NCBI GenBank assembly: GCA_963711155.1
Contig: CAVQDB010000004.1
Coordinates: forward strand, 336,486 to 400,485
Direction: 5' to 3'
Origin: an uncultured Armatimonadetes bacterium
GTDB taxonomy: Bacteria; Armatimonadota; UBA5829
DNA: 64,000 bases
Shown here: piece after piece, positions 20,502 to 30,434 of the stretch
Numbering within the stretch: the stretch's first letter is position 1
Layout of the letters: every line of letters starts with the position of its first letter
Program-made: the position numbers and the translations under genes
The notes under the pieces: generated by a model
The model's database searches: none
Seen by the model: the letters and a program-made list of their open reading frames with translations, nothing else
What the model was told of the DNA's origin: nothing

Positions 20502-21138
20502 ATGAAGATTAGCCGTTTTCTATGCATAGCCATGCTGCTCCTAGCCGCTGTCGTCGCGTACCCAAGGATGTATGCCGGCACGCTTCTCGTAAAGTACGAC
20601 CTGCTCTTCTGGGACTCCCGGGGTGCCGGCTATGTGCCGACCACCGTTGCCTTAGGTGCTAAGCTGCTCAGTTGTTCCCTCGCCCTTGTGGCACTTGCTA
20701 TGCTGTTCAAGGATCGCACCAGGCGATTGGCGTGGGCCCTCATATTGCCAGTATCCTTATTGTCTCTACTCAGCATTTCTGCGCCGTCGAGCCACGATTT
20801 GTCGCATGTGATCGACCAGGGCGAGAGGCTGGTAGCCCAGATAGACTCCTATCACAAACGAGAAGGCAAGTATCCATCCAGCCTAGAGGCTATTCGCAAC
20901 GTCCCCAAGACAGGTCTCGCGAGAGAAGCGCAGGTTTTACTATGCCACGGCTCAGAGCAACGCCAACGACCGAGGGCCATGGTTTCCTAACACGAGAGCA
21001 TATCTCGGAAGATCACCCTATGTTATCTGCGTTCCGCTGGTCCCAGGTGGGACGCTAGTATACCGTCCGAACAGCGATTACTCCGATTTGCCTGGACACG
21101 CTCAACGCGATGGCTGGTTCTCCACCTCCAGGGACTAG
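20502..21138 (+). CDS. Membrane protein, moron between the sheath and tube genes (1 apparent frameshift near 20935)
   Basis: MKISRFLCIAMLLLAAVVAYPRMYAG... has 3-4 hydrophobic helices, then ...QIDSYHKREGKYPSSLEAIRNVPKTGLAREAQ shifts to FYYATAQSNANDRGPWFPNTRAYLGRSPYVICVPLVPGGTLVYRPNSDYSDL. It lies on the opposite strand to all flanking genes, and the region is lower in GC. Confidence 0.45.
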
Positions 21139-21143
21139 ATAGG

Positions 21144-22991
21144 TCAAAAGATCTCAGAAAAATCCGCGCCGGTCGCAGTGAGGATGAAGTTGAGCTCAAC
21201 GAACTCGGCGGTCTTGGTGGGCTTCACGAACACCCGGCAGACCATCTGGTTCTGGTCGATCATCTGAGGCGTATTCGTCTCCTCGTCGCACTGGACGCGG
21301 TAGTCGTAGAACCCGCCCTTGCTCTTGATGCCCTGCAGGAACGGGGTGATGAGTCGAACCAGCGCCCGCCACGTCTGTGAGTTGTTCGGCTCGAATACCA
21401 CGAACCGCGCCGACTGAGAGATTGCCTCTTCGACATACATCATCAGCCGGCGCACGTTGATGCGGTCGAGCGCCGAGGACTGGGACTGCAGCGTCTTCTG
21501 TCCCCAGATGTTGACGCCGGTGTCGGGAAAGCTGGCGATGACGTTGATGCCCTCGGAGTAGAGTGCATCTCGCTCGCCCCGGCTGGTCTTATAGGCAAGC
21601 GAGAGCACGTTGAAGATGCGCCCCCGGTCAATGCCCGCCGGCGCATACCACACATCTGTCTTCTGATCCGACCGCGCGATGCACCCTGCGACCGCTCCGG
21701 TCGGAGGCACGAGCTTGCTTTTCCCTGTCAGCGGGTCGGATATCTCGATCCAGGGATAGTAGAGCGCTGCATAGGACGAGTCGAATGCAGCGTGGGTGTA
21801 TGAGCCCTTGCCTTTGCGGAAGTCGATCACCTCAAGCGGCTCAAGGTGGATAGGCGGCTCGGCGATGAATAGCAGATCCTTACGGCTCTCAGCGTAGGCG
21901 GTTCCGCCCGCGATGACCTGCGCAGTTGTAACGCCCGGCACGAGCAGGATGTTCAGCGCATCGATCTCATCGAACGCCGAGAAGCCCGTGTGCTGGGAGG
22001 AGTCGCCGACGTAGTCGGCATCGGTCAGGCCGGTGCTTCCATCATCGCCTGCTGCAAGCGAGAACGTTCCGGCGGCGGGGCGATTCTGAGCCGCATTTGC
22101 CGTCGCCGACAGATCATCGACCGTGATATACTCGGACACTTCATTGATGACGATCTCCACGTGATTCGGCTTCGACTCGTCCATCGAGAGATTCCTGAAT
22201 ACTTCGACAGTCTCGCCCTTCAGCCGGACCATGAGGTCGAACTCGTTCGCCGGGTCCTGCGTGCCGTCGGTGATCTGGATGGAGAGTGCATCACCCCACT
22301 TGCCCTCGTCAATGGCGCTTACGCTCAGCGTGTCCTGCGGGTCCTGCCCGCTGGCGAGATGCGTCACAGCTACAGGCGCGACTATGCCGGAATCCGTGGA
22401 TGTCGCCTGAACCAAAGCCGACGCCTCCGTGCTCCCGGTGACTGCAGTGACCACCTGACCTGCGGTGCTAGTAGCACTGCCCTCGCTGTCCGTTGCCAGA
22501 TGAACCGTGATCGCCTGGTCGGTTACCTCAACCGAAAGCGGAGTGTCGTTTCCCGATGCGACCAAGGCGACGGTGATGGAGTTGCCCGCCGCGCCGGGGG
22601 TCTTCGCGGTCCAGACGATCCTGTCGGTGCCCTGGGTTCCGGTTGTGGCTGTCGCGGCGGCACCGCTTCGGTCCTTGAGCGCCACGGCCGCTTTTTTGGC
22701 AGCGAGAGTCGCCTTGTCGGCAGGATCGGTATAATGCGCCACGCGGTTCACGTAGAGCACCTGGCCGCCGTTATCGAAGAACGCACGGGCCGCGTACGCG
22801 AGGTATCCGTCAGCGATATAGGAGCCGAACCTGCGCACGAACTGCTCCCAGCTCGTCACCAACACCGGTTTGTTGATGGGGCCTTTCTCCGCGATCCCGA
22901 TCATGCCGCAGGCAGACGTCGATATCTGCTTCACGTAATAGCTGAAGTCGGTTTCGCGAGTATAGACTCCGGGCGAGAGATACGATGTCAT
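21144..22991 (-). CDS. Contractile tail sheath protein
   Basis: Intact 615-aa ORF. MTSYLSPGVYTRETDFSYYVKQISTSACGMIGIAEKGPINKPVLVTSWEQFVRRFG... and C-terminal ...DVWYAPAGIDRGRI...INVIASFPDTGVNIWGQKTL... are hallmark sheath motifs. Confidence 0.95.
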   Translation of the reverse strand: MTSYLSPGVYTRETDFSYYVKQISTSACGMIGIAEKGPINKPVLVTSWEQFVRRFGSYIADGYLAYAARAFFDNGGQVLYVNRVAHYTDPADKATLAAKKAAVALKDRSGAAATATTGTQGTDRIVWTAKTPGAAGNSITVALVASGNDTPLSVEVTDQAITVHLATDSEGSATSTAGQVVTAVTGSTEASALVQATSTDSGIVAPVAVTHLASGQDPQDTLSVSAIDEGKWGDALSIQITDGTQDPANEFDLMVRLKGETVEVFRNLSMDESKPNHVEIVINEVSEYITVDDLSATANAAQNRPAAGTFSLAAGDDGSTGLTDADYVGDSSQHTGFSAFDEIDALNILLVPGVTTAQVIAGGTAYAESRKDLLFIAEPPIHLEPLEVIDFRKGKGSYTHAAFDSSYAALYYPWIEISDPLTGKSKLVPPTGAVAGCIARSDQKTDVWYAPAGIDRGRIFNVLSLAYKTSRGERDALYSEGINVIASFPDTGVNIWGQKTLQSQSSALDRINVRRLMMYVEEAISQSARFVVFEPNNSQTWRALVRLITPFLQGIKSKGGFYDYRVQCDEETNTPQMIDQNQMVCRVFVKPTKTAEFVELNFILTATGADFSEIF

Positions 22992-23031
22992 TTGGTTTTT
23001 CCTTTCTTCGAGCTTGCCTGCGGTTCAGGGG

Positions 23032-23271
23032 CTAGCTCGGGCTCTGCGGCTGTTCGCTACTGCTTTCAATGCCCAAAGCATGATCGATCCCTTCGCCGAA
23101 CTTGCCCATCAGCGACACAAGCCCGCGGGCGGCGGCGAGTTGAATCTCCTGGGAGATGCTCTGAGCGAGTATATCCCTGCACTCGCGCGCCGTGAGATGC
23201 AGCCCTTCGCCGTCCGTCGCCAGGTGAAGCGCAAGCGGCTGAAAGAGCAGGTTCTTGATGCTTATCTTCAT
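23032..23271 (-). CDS. Small hypothetical protein
   Basis: MKISIKNLLFQPLALHLATDGEGLHLTARECRDILAQSISQEIQLAAARGLVSLMGKFGE... lies on the same strand as the operon. The overlapping plus-strand ORF 23014..23334 looks like a shadow ORF. Confidence 0.35.
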   Translation of the reverse strand: MKISIKNLLFQPLALHLATDGEGLHLTARECRDILAQSISQEIQLAAARGLVSLMGKFGEGIDHALGIESSSEQPQSPS

Positions 23272-23284
23272 CAGGTGCACTCCT

Positions 23285-23805
23285 TACATGCTCAGTTCCA
23301 GTCTCAGCCCGGTCGCGAGCTTGCCGCTGGCTGACGCGGCCGTCGTAGACGGGGCAATCCTCGATCCGGCACTTGCCGGCCGCCTGCCGCAGGTTCGATA
23401 GGTTCACCCGCTTCAGCCCACCGAGCGGCGTTAGCTCCGTGACGTTCAGCGTTCCGTGATCCCCAACCTCAAGCACCGGGTGAAGCTGATAGAACCGCGC
23501 CACCCGCTCCGTCAGGTCGAGCAGACTCGCCTTCCTTGCCGGTCGTGACGATCACGTCGAACTCCAAGTGATACAGCCTCGGGTGCCTGCGCTCTTCGAA
23601 AGTCAGATCGCTCTGGCTCTTCCTGATCTGCCTTGCTGGTGTTCTTCGGGCCTGGTCTTCGATCAGTGTCGGACCCTGCAGGATGACACTCGGCGTCTTC
23701 GTCACCTCGAACACATCGTCAGCCGCCACCAGGACAGCGCTCTCGTCGATCTCTAGTCTTCGCGAGGCGAATGAACGTCTCGACGACTTCCCGAATCAGC
23801 TCCAA
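23285..23805 (-). CDS. Putative neck / tail-terminator protein; about 3 apparent frameshifts
   Basis: Reconstructed as (M)ELIREVVETFIRLAKT / LEIDESAVLVAADDVFEVTKTPSVILQGPTLIED...RHPRLYHLEFDVIVTTGKEGESA / LLDLTERVARFYQLHPVLEVGDHGTLNVTELTPLGGLKRVNLSNLRQAAGKCRIEDCPVYDGRVS / ASGKLATGLRLELSM. It sits between the head-completion genes and the sheath. Confidence 0.35.
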
Positions 23806-23815
23806 TCCTCGACCT

Positions 23816-24304
23816 CACCTCAGCACCGAGAGCAGAGCGTCGTGGTAGTTCCGCATCACCTGGTCCCGGTATTTCTCCATCGTCGGATGCAGGAACGGCC
23901 TCGGCGGGATGACGATCACCGCGCCGCTCAGGGTGGTTGATCGTCGCGCCGAACTCCATAATCGCCCCGATATTCGCGGCGCTCTCGCCGCCTTTGTAGA
24001 AGCTCGTCCGCAGCAGCCCCACGAACGCCCGGTCGGACATTATCTTCTGAGTGATCGAGTTCACCAGAAAACCGGTGTCGATGAGCGCCTTACTCGACCC
24101 TTTGCGGTCGATTGTCACCTGCGCAAGCGGCGCGAACTGCTTTCCACCCGGAGCCTGGTCCCGTATCCCCCGCTTTATCTCACGGACCAATAGCAGCGCG
24201 TTCTTGATCGTCGCCTGCCGAATCGCGAGGGCAAGCCGCTGACCGGGGTTGTTGCAGAGCAGCTCCTTTGCCCTCTCCCAGTCGCCAAACCGCCTAATCG
24301 CCAT
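23816..24304 (-). CDS. Virion morphogenesis / tail-completion protein (Mu gpG-like or HK97 gp10-like); 1 apparent frameshift near 23930
   Basis: MAIRRFGDWERAKELL...VTIDRKGSSKALIDTGFLVNSITQKIMSDRAFVGL... (the l.dtG.L..Si motif), then ...GATINHP / GAVIVIPPRPFLHPTMEKYRDQVMRNYHDALLSVLR. Confidence 0.6.
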
Positions 24305-24657
24305 GCAGCACCACCAACTCAAGCACCTTGTGCGTCACCACTCCGAAGAGCGACTGCGGCGCAACGGTCTGCACACGAAAGTCTCGACTCTCGAAACGAA
24401 CACGATCCTCCACGCGAACATCCAGCTCAGGCAGAACACTTGCGACCGCATCGGCCTTCTGCGCAATGTCTGCTGGCGGAGCCTCTGAAAGCTCCAGCGC
24501 GAATGTGCAGACCTCCGCAAACGTCCCCTCGTCGGCGCCATACAGGTTCTCACCTGACTGCTTTCTCAGCAGCGTTGCCGATTGACCCGATGCAGTGATG
24601 AGATCTCCTGACCTCGGCAGCCGCAGCCACTTTCTCCGAATCAGTGAGTATGGCCAT
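24294..24657 (-). CDS. Head-tail joining protein (Phage_H_T_join-like); 1 apparent frameshift near 24600
   Basis: MAILTDSEKVAAAAEV / GDLITASGQSATLLRKQSGENLYGADEGTFAEVCTFALELSEAPP...VRVEDRVRFESRDFRVQTVAPQSLFGVVTHKVLELVVLHGD. Confidence 0.55.
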
Positions 24658-25117
24658 GGTGATCGTGATGGTGATGCCGACCCTGCTCGAATATGACAGG
24701 CCTGAGCGGCTTCGGCGTGAAGATGTAGCCATCATCGACTGCCGCATCCGGCTTGATCTCCCGAAGCCGCTCGTGATAGGTCGCCGTCAGGTCACTCTCC
24801 AGTTTCGCCCAGTTCTGCGGCTGGCTCGTCTTGTCCACCCGCTTGTCGCCCGATGAAAACGAGAACGAATTAGCGGTCGCGATGCGCATGAACCGGCAAG
24901 CTTCAATCTGAGCCTGCAGGAGCAGCATCTCAAGTGCTTCGCCCTGCGGCTCCGGCATCACCTCGCCAATGCTGACCGACATCTCCACACCGAGGTCGCG
25001 ACCGACCGGGGAGACGCTCTTCAGGATGCAGCGCTTGAGCACTTCGTCTTTGAACGTCTCCGCGTTCGGGTCGGCAAGATCGGCGCGCAGCAGTCCGACC
25101 AGATCACTTAGGGGCAT
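24641..25117 (-). CDS. Putative head-tail connector/adaptor with His-rich C-terminus
   Basis: MPLSDLVGLLRADLADPNAETFKDEVLKRCILKSVSPVGRDLG... resembles gp6-like connector N-termini. It ends in ...FEQGRHHHHDHHGHTH. Confidence 0.4.
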   Translation of the reverse strand: MPLSDLVGLLRADLADPNAETFKDEVLKRCILKSVSPVGRDLGVEMSVSIGEVMPEPQGEALEMLLLQAQIEACRFMRIATANSFSFSSGDKRVDKTSQPQNWAKLESDLTATYHERLREIKPDAAVDDGYIFTPKPLRPVIFEQGRHHHHDHHGHTH

Positions 25118-25496
25118 CTTCCGTCCCCAGGAGCTGACCCTGGCCCGCTTCACCCGGCTGCTCCGGCTTCTGCTCCGGGTCGCCATCGGGAGCCTGAGGC
25201 TGCTCGCCTTCTGCGGGCTGGACCTTGCTCTTCTTGGCTGTCTCCTTGTTGCCTGCGGCATCGGCGGCAGTCTTGCCTTTGGGTTTGCTCTCGGCTGTGG
25301 TGGCCGTCTTGTTGTCGGCTTTGGCATCAGGCTTTGCTGCAGCCGCCTTCTCGGTGCAGGCGAGCAGACCATCATCAATGGCCTTCCGCGCCTGTGGTGT
25401 GAGTGCATCCAGATCGACCGACTCGCCCGGCGCAAGCTTGAGCCCAGCGTCGGCAATGATGAGAATCCCCGGTCGGACGTTCTTTATCTTGACCAA
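25104..25496 (-). CDS. Hypothetical head protein with K/A/E/P-rich disordered tail
   Basis: Intact 130-aa ORF (MVKIKNVRPGILIIADAGLKLAPGESVDLDALTPQARKAIDDGLL...) directly downstream of the capsid gene. Confidence 0.45.
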   Translation of the reverse strand: MVKIKNVRPGILIIADAGLKLAPGESVDLDALTPQARKAIDDGLLACTEKAAAAKPDAKADNKTATTAESKPKGKTAADAAGNKETAKKSKVQPAEGEQPQAPDGDPEQKPEQPGEAGQGQLLGTEDAPK

Positions 25497-25506
25497 TGTG
25501 CGCCTC

Positions 25507-26357
25507 CTAAGCCAGTATCCGGATCTTGGCGAGAATGTCGGGCCGCGTGACGCCTTGGCCGACTTCCGACCACACGAGCCAGCCCGTCTTGAACCGGGTC
25601 TTCTGCTCGATGGGATCGGTCTTGAGCGACTCGCGGACCGGGAACTTCCCGATCTCCTCGTCAGGAACGAGAATGATCTCGTTCATCTCGGCGGACGCGG
25701 TCAGCAGAATGCCGCCGGTGCCGTAGTTCTTGATGACGCCCTTGGTCCGCAGTTCGGCCCTGGTCTCCGGGTCGAGGTCCCAGTCGCGCATGTCGTTGAA
25801 CCGCCGACCGCGCATCACGATGTACTTCACCGTGAGTTCCAGGTCCTCGATGATGGAGATTGCCTCGTTCAGCGCGTCGTCGGTGAGCTTCCCGCCCGTG
25901 ACCTCAATGGTGTTCGCGGCGGGGATGGCGGCGGAGATGACCGTGATAGTGCGCTTGTCCATCTCCTTGCGTATCTCGCGCAGCGGCCGATGTCTGGATG
26001 TCCATCAGCGTTCCGATGTTGCCGTGCTTCAGGACCGAGATATCGACCATCGGCGCGGAGTGGATCCTGTGGGTCGGGAACTCGATCTTCATCCTGTCCG
26101 AGTTCCTGCTCCCGAGCTTCGCCCTCGTTGCTTATCCAGTAAGCCTTGACCTTGGGCTTCTTCTGGTAGATCGGCCGCTCGCCTTTGGGCAGGTCGTGCT
26201 GAGTCAGGAGCAGCGAGGTGATCTCCTTGCGCTTTATCTCCTGCTCAATCGGGTCGGCGATGGCTGCGGCAAGGGCGCGCATGCCCTCGGGGGACTCCAG
26301 GGCCTCGCTCATCAGGCGGGCCATCGCGTCCATGTATTCCTGGCTGTGCACGTTCAC
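25507..26357 (-). CDS. Major capsid protein (HK97-fold, small encapsulin-like type); at least 2 apparent frameshifts (near 26090 and 25960)
   Basis: Three track ORFs (25869..26357, 25904..26092, 25507..25962) join up: ...IYQKKPKVKAYWISNEGEA.../...KIEFPTHRIHSAPMVDISVLKHGNIGTLMDIQ.../...TVKYIVMRGRRFNDMRDWDLDPETRAELRTKGVIKNYGTGGILLTASAEMN...GWLVWSEVGQGVTRPDILAKIRILA. The gene follows the protease, scaffold and decoration genes. Confidence 0.7.
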
Positions 26358-26382
26358 TTGTGTCTGGTTCCACTGGCCCCTC

Positions 26383-26746
26383 CTAGATGAGCAGGCGGAA
26401 CTTGAGTTCCCCGCCCGATATCGAGATAGCCCTAGCGATGACCAGGTCTCCGGCTCCCGACTCCGGCGGTGAGCTTGCCGTTCGCCGAGACCTTCAGGTC
26501 GTCGTTCGGGTTGATGGTGCCCTCGAAGACATCCGTTTCGTAGATGCCGCCCATGCAGAAGATGCCGGGCATCTCCCCGTTCTTGTAGTCCTTGATGAGG
26601 ACGCCAAAGGACTTCACGGCCGGGTCGGTGTTGACGGCGAAGAGGTCATTGCCGACCAGCTTCACAACCTGGCCGAGCTTGCCTTCGCCCTGCATATAGC
26701 CATCGCCGTATGCGGTGCCGCGATGGCTCGGATTCATATATGGCAC
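26383..26746 (-). CDS. Head decoration-like protein (DUF2190-like); 1 apparent frameshift near 26450
   Basis: MPYMNPSHRGTAYGDGYMQGEGKLGQVVKLVGNDLFAVNTDPAVKSFGVLIKDYKNGEMPGIFCMGGIYETDVFEG...GKLTAGVGS / GDLVIARAISISGGELKFRLLI. Confidence 0.55.
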
Positions 26747-26788
26747 GTTGCTTCCTCCTGGATTGATGGTGTTGCATGGGTGAGCAGG

Positions 26789-27380
26789 CTACGACTTGCC
26801 GGCAGTCGCCCCGATCCGGTCCTGGTATGCGGCCATGAAGCCCGCCTTGAGCTTGTCCTCAAGGCTCGTCTTCGTGTCGTCCACGTCAAGCGGCCGCACA
26901 CCGGCGTCGGTTCGAAGCTGCTTGTCGCCGCCCTTCGAGTCGGCCTTGGACTTGTTGGCGTCGTCGCCGTCTTTGTCTGTCGCTCGCCCTTTTCAGGGCA
27001 GCCGGGCTTTCGCTGAGATAGCCCGATCATAGGTTGCCTCGGCGGCGGCGAATGCGTCGTCGGAGAGGCCGGCGAGCCGGCTGAGTTCCTTCTCGCGCTC
27101 CTCGTCCGAAGCGAACGTCATGCCGCCCTTCTCAAGCTTCTGTATCAGCTTCTGGGCACGAGCCTTGTTCGCGGCAGCCTTGCTCTGCGCCTCAAGTTCT
27201 TGAACTGTGCTTCTGCAGATCCGGCGACCTGCTGCTTGAGCTGCTTGTTCTCGTCCTCAAGCTCCTTTATGCGGGCCTTGTCGTCCGCGGGCGGCAGCGC
27301 CTCCGCCGCCCGGAGCGTCCTTTCTTGGCAGCATCCTCGTGCTGCTCGTCTGTCGCTGTCTCTCGTCTTCCACTGGATGT
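26789..27380 (-). CDS. Scaffolding protein (coiled-coil); several apparent frameshifts or an in-frame stop; boundaries approximate
   Basis: Reconstruction: ...LPPADDKARIKELEDENKQLKQQVAGSAEAQFKNL / EAQSKAAANKARAQKLIQKLEKGGMTFASDEEREKELSRLAGLSDDAFAAAEATYDRAISAK... / ...DKDGDDANKSKADSKGGDKQLRTDAGVRPLDVDDTKTSLEDKLKAGFMAAYQDRIGATAGKS. Confidence 0.5.
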
Positions 27381-27975
27381 CCTCCTGAAGATGTCTGGGT
27401 TGCCTGCTGCGAGGCGACCTGGGTTATCCGTGCGTTCTCGTCGGCGCCTTTGCGGTCCAGAAGACCAAGCCCGGTGAACGTGACGCCGTGCAGGATCTCG
27501 AACACCGGCTTGCCCTGGAACTCGCCGCCCTTGTACTTGCGGAGATGGGTGCAGTAGTCGTTCTTGGAGGCGACGGTCTTGCCGCAGATGGAGCACTCGC
27601 CCATCTCGTAGTCGCACTCCATCGAGACCTGGCTGATGATGCCGCGCTTCATGAGCTTGTAGGCAAGAGCCGCCGCCGGCGCTTCAGCCACATAGAGCTC
27701 GCCCACGCACTCGACGCGCCCGCCGGTCTCGTCCTCGATGAACTCGGAGTTGATGATCCCGCCGACGATATCCGTCAGGTCCTGCGAGTGCTTGAGGTCG
27801 ATCTTCTTGTTGATCGCCGTGGTGTAGCGAGCCGCCAGCTCGTCGGCGGTGAAGTGGTCGCCGTTCTTGTTCGTGCCCGCGCGGCACATTATGAAGCTGA
27901 ACTGCGGCTCGCCCGCATTCGGGTTCAGATCGAGAGCGGAAGCGGAAAGCCCGTCGCCCTCGGCTATAGCTCACC
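27380..27975 (-). CDS. Putative prohead (capsid maturation) protease; start unresolved
   Basis: ...ALDLNPNAGEPQFSFIMCRAGTNKNGDHFTADELAARYTTAINKKIDLKHSQDLTDIVGGI...QVSMECDYEMGECSICGKTVASKNDYCTHLRKYKGGEF.... The NKNGD.F...EL...D..H pattern and the position before the scaffold suggest an XkdF-like prohead protease. Confidence 0.45.
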
Positions 27976-29164
27976 TCGACCGGGATGGACGTGTGGCAGT
28001 TGGCCGGCAGCGCAGCCGCAGCGGCCTTGGGCGCACCCTTGCCATTCGAGGCGACGAAGAGCAATTCGCGGCCGTGCTTGCCCTCGCTCTCCTTGCCGAG
28101 GACAATGCCATACTCGACATCCATCCCCCGGACGCGCACGTTGCCGAAGCGCTGCGAGAAGATGTCGCGGATCTCGTTTCGGTCGGGAATGCCTTGTCGC
28201 GGTAGGAGAGAATGACGGTCCCGTACTTGCCGCGGGCCTCCGACGCCAGGTTCTCTATGAGCGAGCGGATGCTGTCGCGGTCGTAGTGGGTCCGCGACTT
28301 GTAGCTGCGGCGGTTGTCGCTGAGCAGCTCCTTGTCCGCCCAGCGGTTCATCAAGCCCCTCGACGAAGTGCAGCGAATACTCGTAGTCGTTGTTCGAGAA
28401 CTGGGTGATGTAGGGCGGGTCGAGATACAGCACATCCCCGCCGAACTTGCGCACCGCCTCGACCGCGTCGCCGTGGAACGCCTTGCACTCCTGGCCGTTG
28501 TCGAAGACCAGCTTGTTGAGCTGGCTCGCATATCGCTTGAAGCTCTCGACCATGCTGGAGACTGGGAATGCTGGTGAGCTGGCTTTCCTTGAATCCGCCG
28601 GCCTCTGTCTCAGTCGGCGTCAGCTCCATGTCGGCCTTGAGGTTGAGTCTTCGAGCGATGGAACTGGCCGTAGAGGCACTTGGCCTTCACGGTGTTGCCG
28701 AGCGCCGCGAGCGCCAGGTCTTTCTTGTAGCCGGGCAGCTTCTGGATATTCGCCCACACCTGATCGAGCCACGCGAGCACCTTCTTGGTGTAGTAGTAGC
28801 CGTGGAAGTTGTCGACGATGAACGTGCCGGCGTCGGCGTTGGGCGCGAGGATCTTCTCGATATCCTCGTCGGTCAGAGTCTCGTGGGAGTTCTCGACCAC
28901 GGCCCGGGCGATGTGATAGGGATAGAGCAGCAGGTCGTTCGCGATGACTTTCAGGCCCTTGCGCTTGAAGTGGTAGGCGACGTTCGCGCCACCGGAGAAC
29001 GCATCGACGATGGTCTTCGCCTCTTTCGGCACCTGCCGCTCGATCCAGCCGAGCATCATGTATTTGTTGCCCATGAAGCCGGTGACGCGGACCGGGTCCT
29101 CGCCGGCCTGGCAGCTCAGAAGCTCCAGTTCGTCGGCAAGAGGCGCATCCGCCAGGGCCTGCAT
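27976..29164 (-). CDS. DNA N6-adenine methyltransferase, D12/Dam-like class, copy B; about 3 apparent frameshifts
   Basis: ATG 29164 follows GAGGAGAAC. MQALADAP...VTGFMGNKYMMLGWIERQVPKEAKTIVDAFSGGANVAYHFKRKGLKVIANDLL... then ...DVLYLDPPYITQFSNNDYEYSLHFVEGL... and ...GTVILSYRDK...ELLFVASNG. The motif order is YxGxK, DxFxGxxxV, DPPY. Confidence 0.7.
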
Positions 29165-30357
29165 GTTCTCCTCGATGCGCAGGGTCACTTCCGGTGAATG
29201 GCCGTCCTCATCTGCCTGAGCAGACTTGCCGCCCTTGGTGCAGACGAACAGCCGCTCTATGGCAACCGAGTTCTCGCAATGCTTCGCGGAAATGCGATAC
29301 TGGTGCTCCTGCGACTGCATCCGGCTGGACATGCCGTTTGCCGAGATGATGTCTTTCATCTCCCCCTCGTTCGGGTAGGCGTGGTCGCGGTAGGAGATGA
29401 GCCAGTTCGGGATGTGCTTCGCGTTGGCGAGGAACGTGCCGAAGAACTCGCCGGCGTTCGCCTTGGTGACCGTCTTGTGGTCGGTCTCGTAGTGGTGGGT
29501 CTTGGAGTCCGCCACGATCTTCAGCCCGTCCCAGTAGGTCATCAGGCCTTCGACGAAGTGATAGGCCTTCTCGTAGTTGGTCGTCGAGAACTCGGTCGCG
29601 TAGGGCGGGTCGAAGTAGGCGAGGTCCACCTTGGCATCGGCCAGCAGCGTCGTTCATGTCCTTGCAGGTCGCCTTGCACTCCTTGCCGTTGTCGAAGACG
29701 AGCGCGTTGATGCGCGCGACGTTGTTCGCGAACCGCTCCTTGAACTCGTCGGGGGTGTCCTGCCGCTTGCCGTAATCGGTCGAAGAGGAGAAGTGGCCGA
29801 AGCCGCCTTTGCCGGACATGCACGTCTTGCCGAGGGCGAAGAGCGCGATGTCCTTCTTGAACCCGGAGAGCGCGTCGACGTTCGCGCGGATGGTGTCGAT
29901 GACCTTGTGGACGCCGTCGGCGAAGAAGAGGCCCTTGAAGTTGTCCCGGACGAACGTGCCGGCCTTGGGGTTGTCGGCAAGCAGCGCGTCGAGTTCCTCC
30001 TGGGCTGATGCGAACGCTGCCGTTCTCGATGATGGCCCGGGCGGCGTGGTGGGAGTAGTGCAGCCGGTCGTTGGCGACGACGCGCAGGCCCTTGGTCTTG
30101 TACATATACGCGACGACCGCCGAGCCGCAGAACGCGTCAAGCACGCTCGCGACTCCCTCCGGCGTGTGCTTCCAGATCCAGTCAACGAGCTTCTGCTTCG
30201 AGCCTATGTAGTTGGTGATGTATTTCGGACGCTCATCCGGCGGCAGTTCCTCGGTGACAAGCTCCGCGCCCTGGGCGATAAGGTCTTCCAGGTAGCAGGA
30301 AGCATCCGTCTCCAGCAGGAACGCCAGCCGATCAAGGTCCGTGGCGAAAAGCTCCAT
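29165..30357 (-). CDS. DNA N6-adenine methyltransferase, D12/Dam-like class, copy A; about 2 apparent frameshifts; no in-frame stop before copy B
   Basis: MELFATDLDRLAFLLE...PKYITNYIGSKQKLVDWIWKHTPEGVASVLDAFCGSAVVAYMYKTKGLRVVANDRL... then ...FDNGKECKA... and DLAYFDPPYATEFSTTNYEKAYHFVEGL...WLISYRDHAYP...IERLFVCTKGG. Confidence 0.7.
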
Positions 30358-30398
30358 CCATCTCTCCGGCTGCAGGGGCCAATGCAGACTGGCTCTTC

Positions 30399-30434
30399 CA
30401 ATGGTTACTTACCGGAGGAAATCAGGAAGTGTAG
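30399..30434 (-). promoter_or_regulatory. Copy B of the conserved promoter-like motif
   Basis: Minus strand reads CTACACTT-N13-GGTAAGTAACCATTG. It lies 41 nt upstream of the methyltransferase A start codon. Confidence 0.55.

Noticed and set aside
1-23000. Idea that the tail/baseplate cluster is a tailocin or extracellular contractile injection system rather than a phage
   Set aside because: The same minus-strand gene train continues into capsid, scaffold, protease, portal, terminase and replication genes. A complete (if possibly decaying) myovirus-type prophage is the simpler reading.
21990-23195. 401-aa plus-strand ORF overlapping the tail sheath gene
   Set aside because: It is antisense to an intact, unmistakable sheath gene. 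Arg/Gly/Asp-rich low-complexity translation; a shadow ORF.
27889-29230. Reading methyltransferase A, methyltransferase B and the protease as one fused polyprotein because no in-frame stops separate them
   Set aside because: A strong RBS+ATG (GAGGAGAAC-ATG at 29164) and stops in adjacent frames right before it, and again near 27975, suggest separate genes whose stops were lost to the same indel problem seen elsewhere. This is unresolved without corrected sequence.
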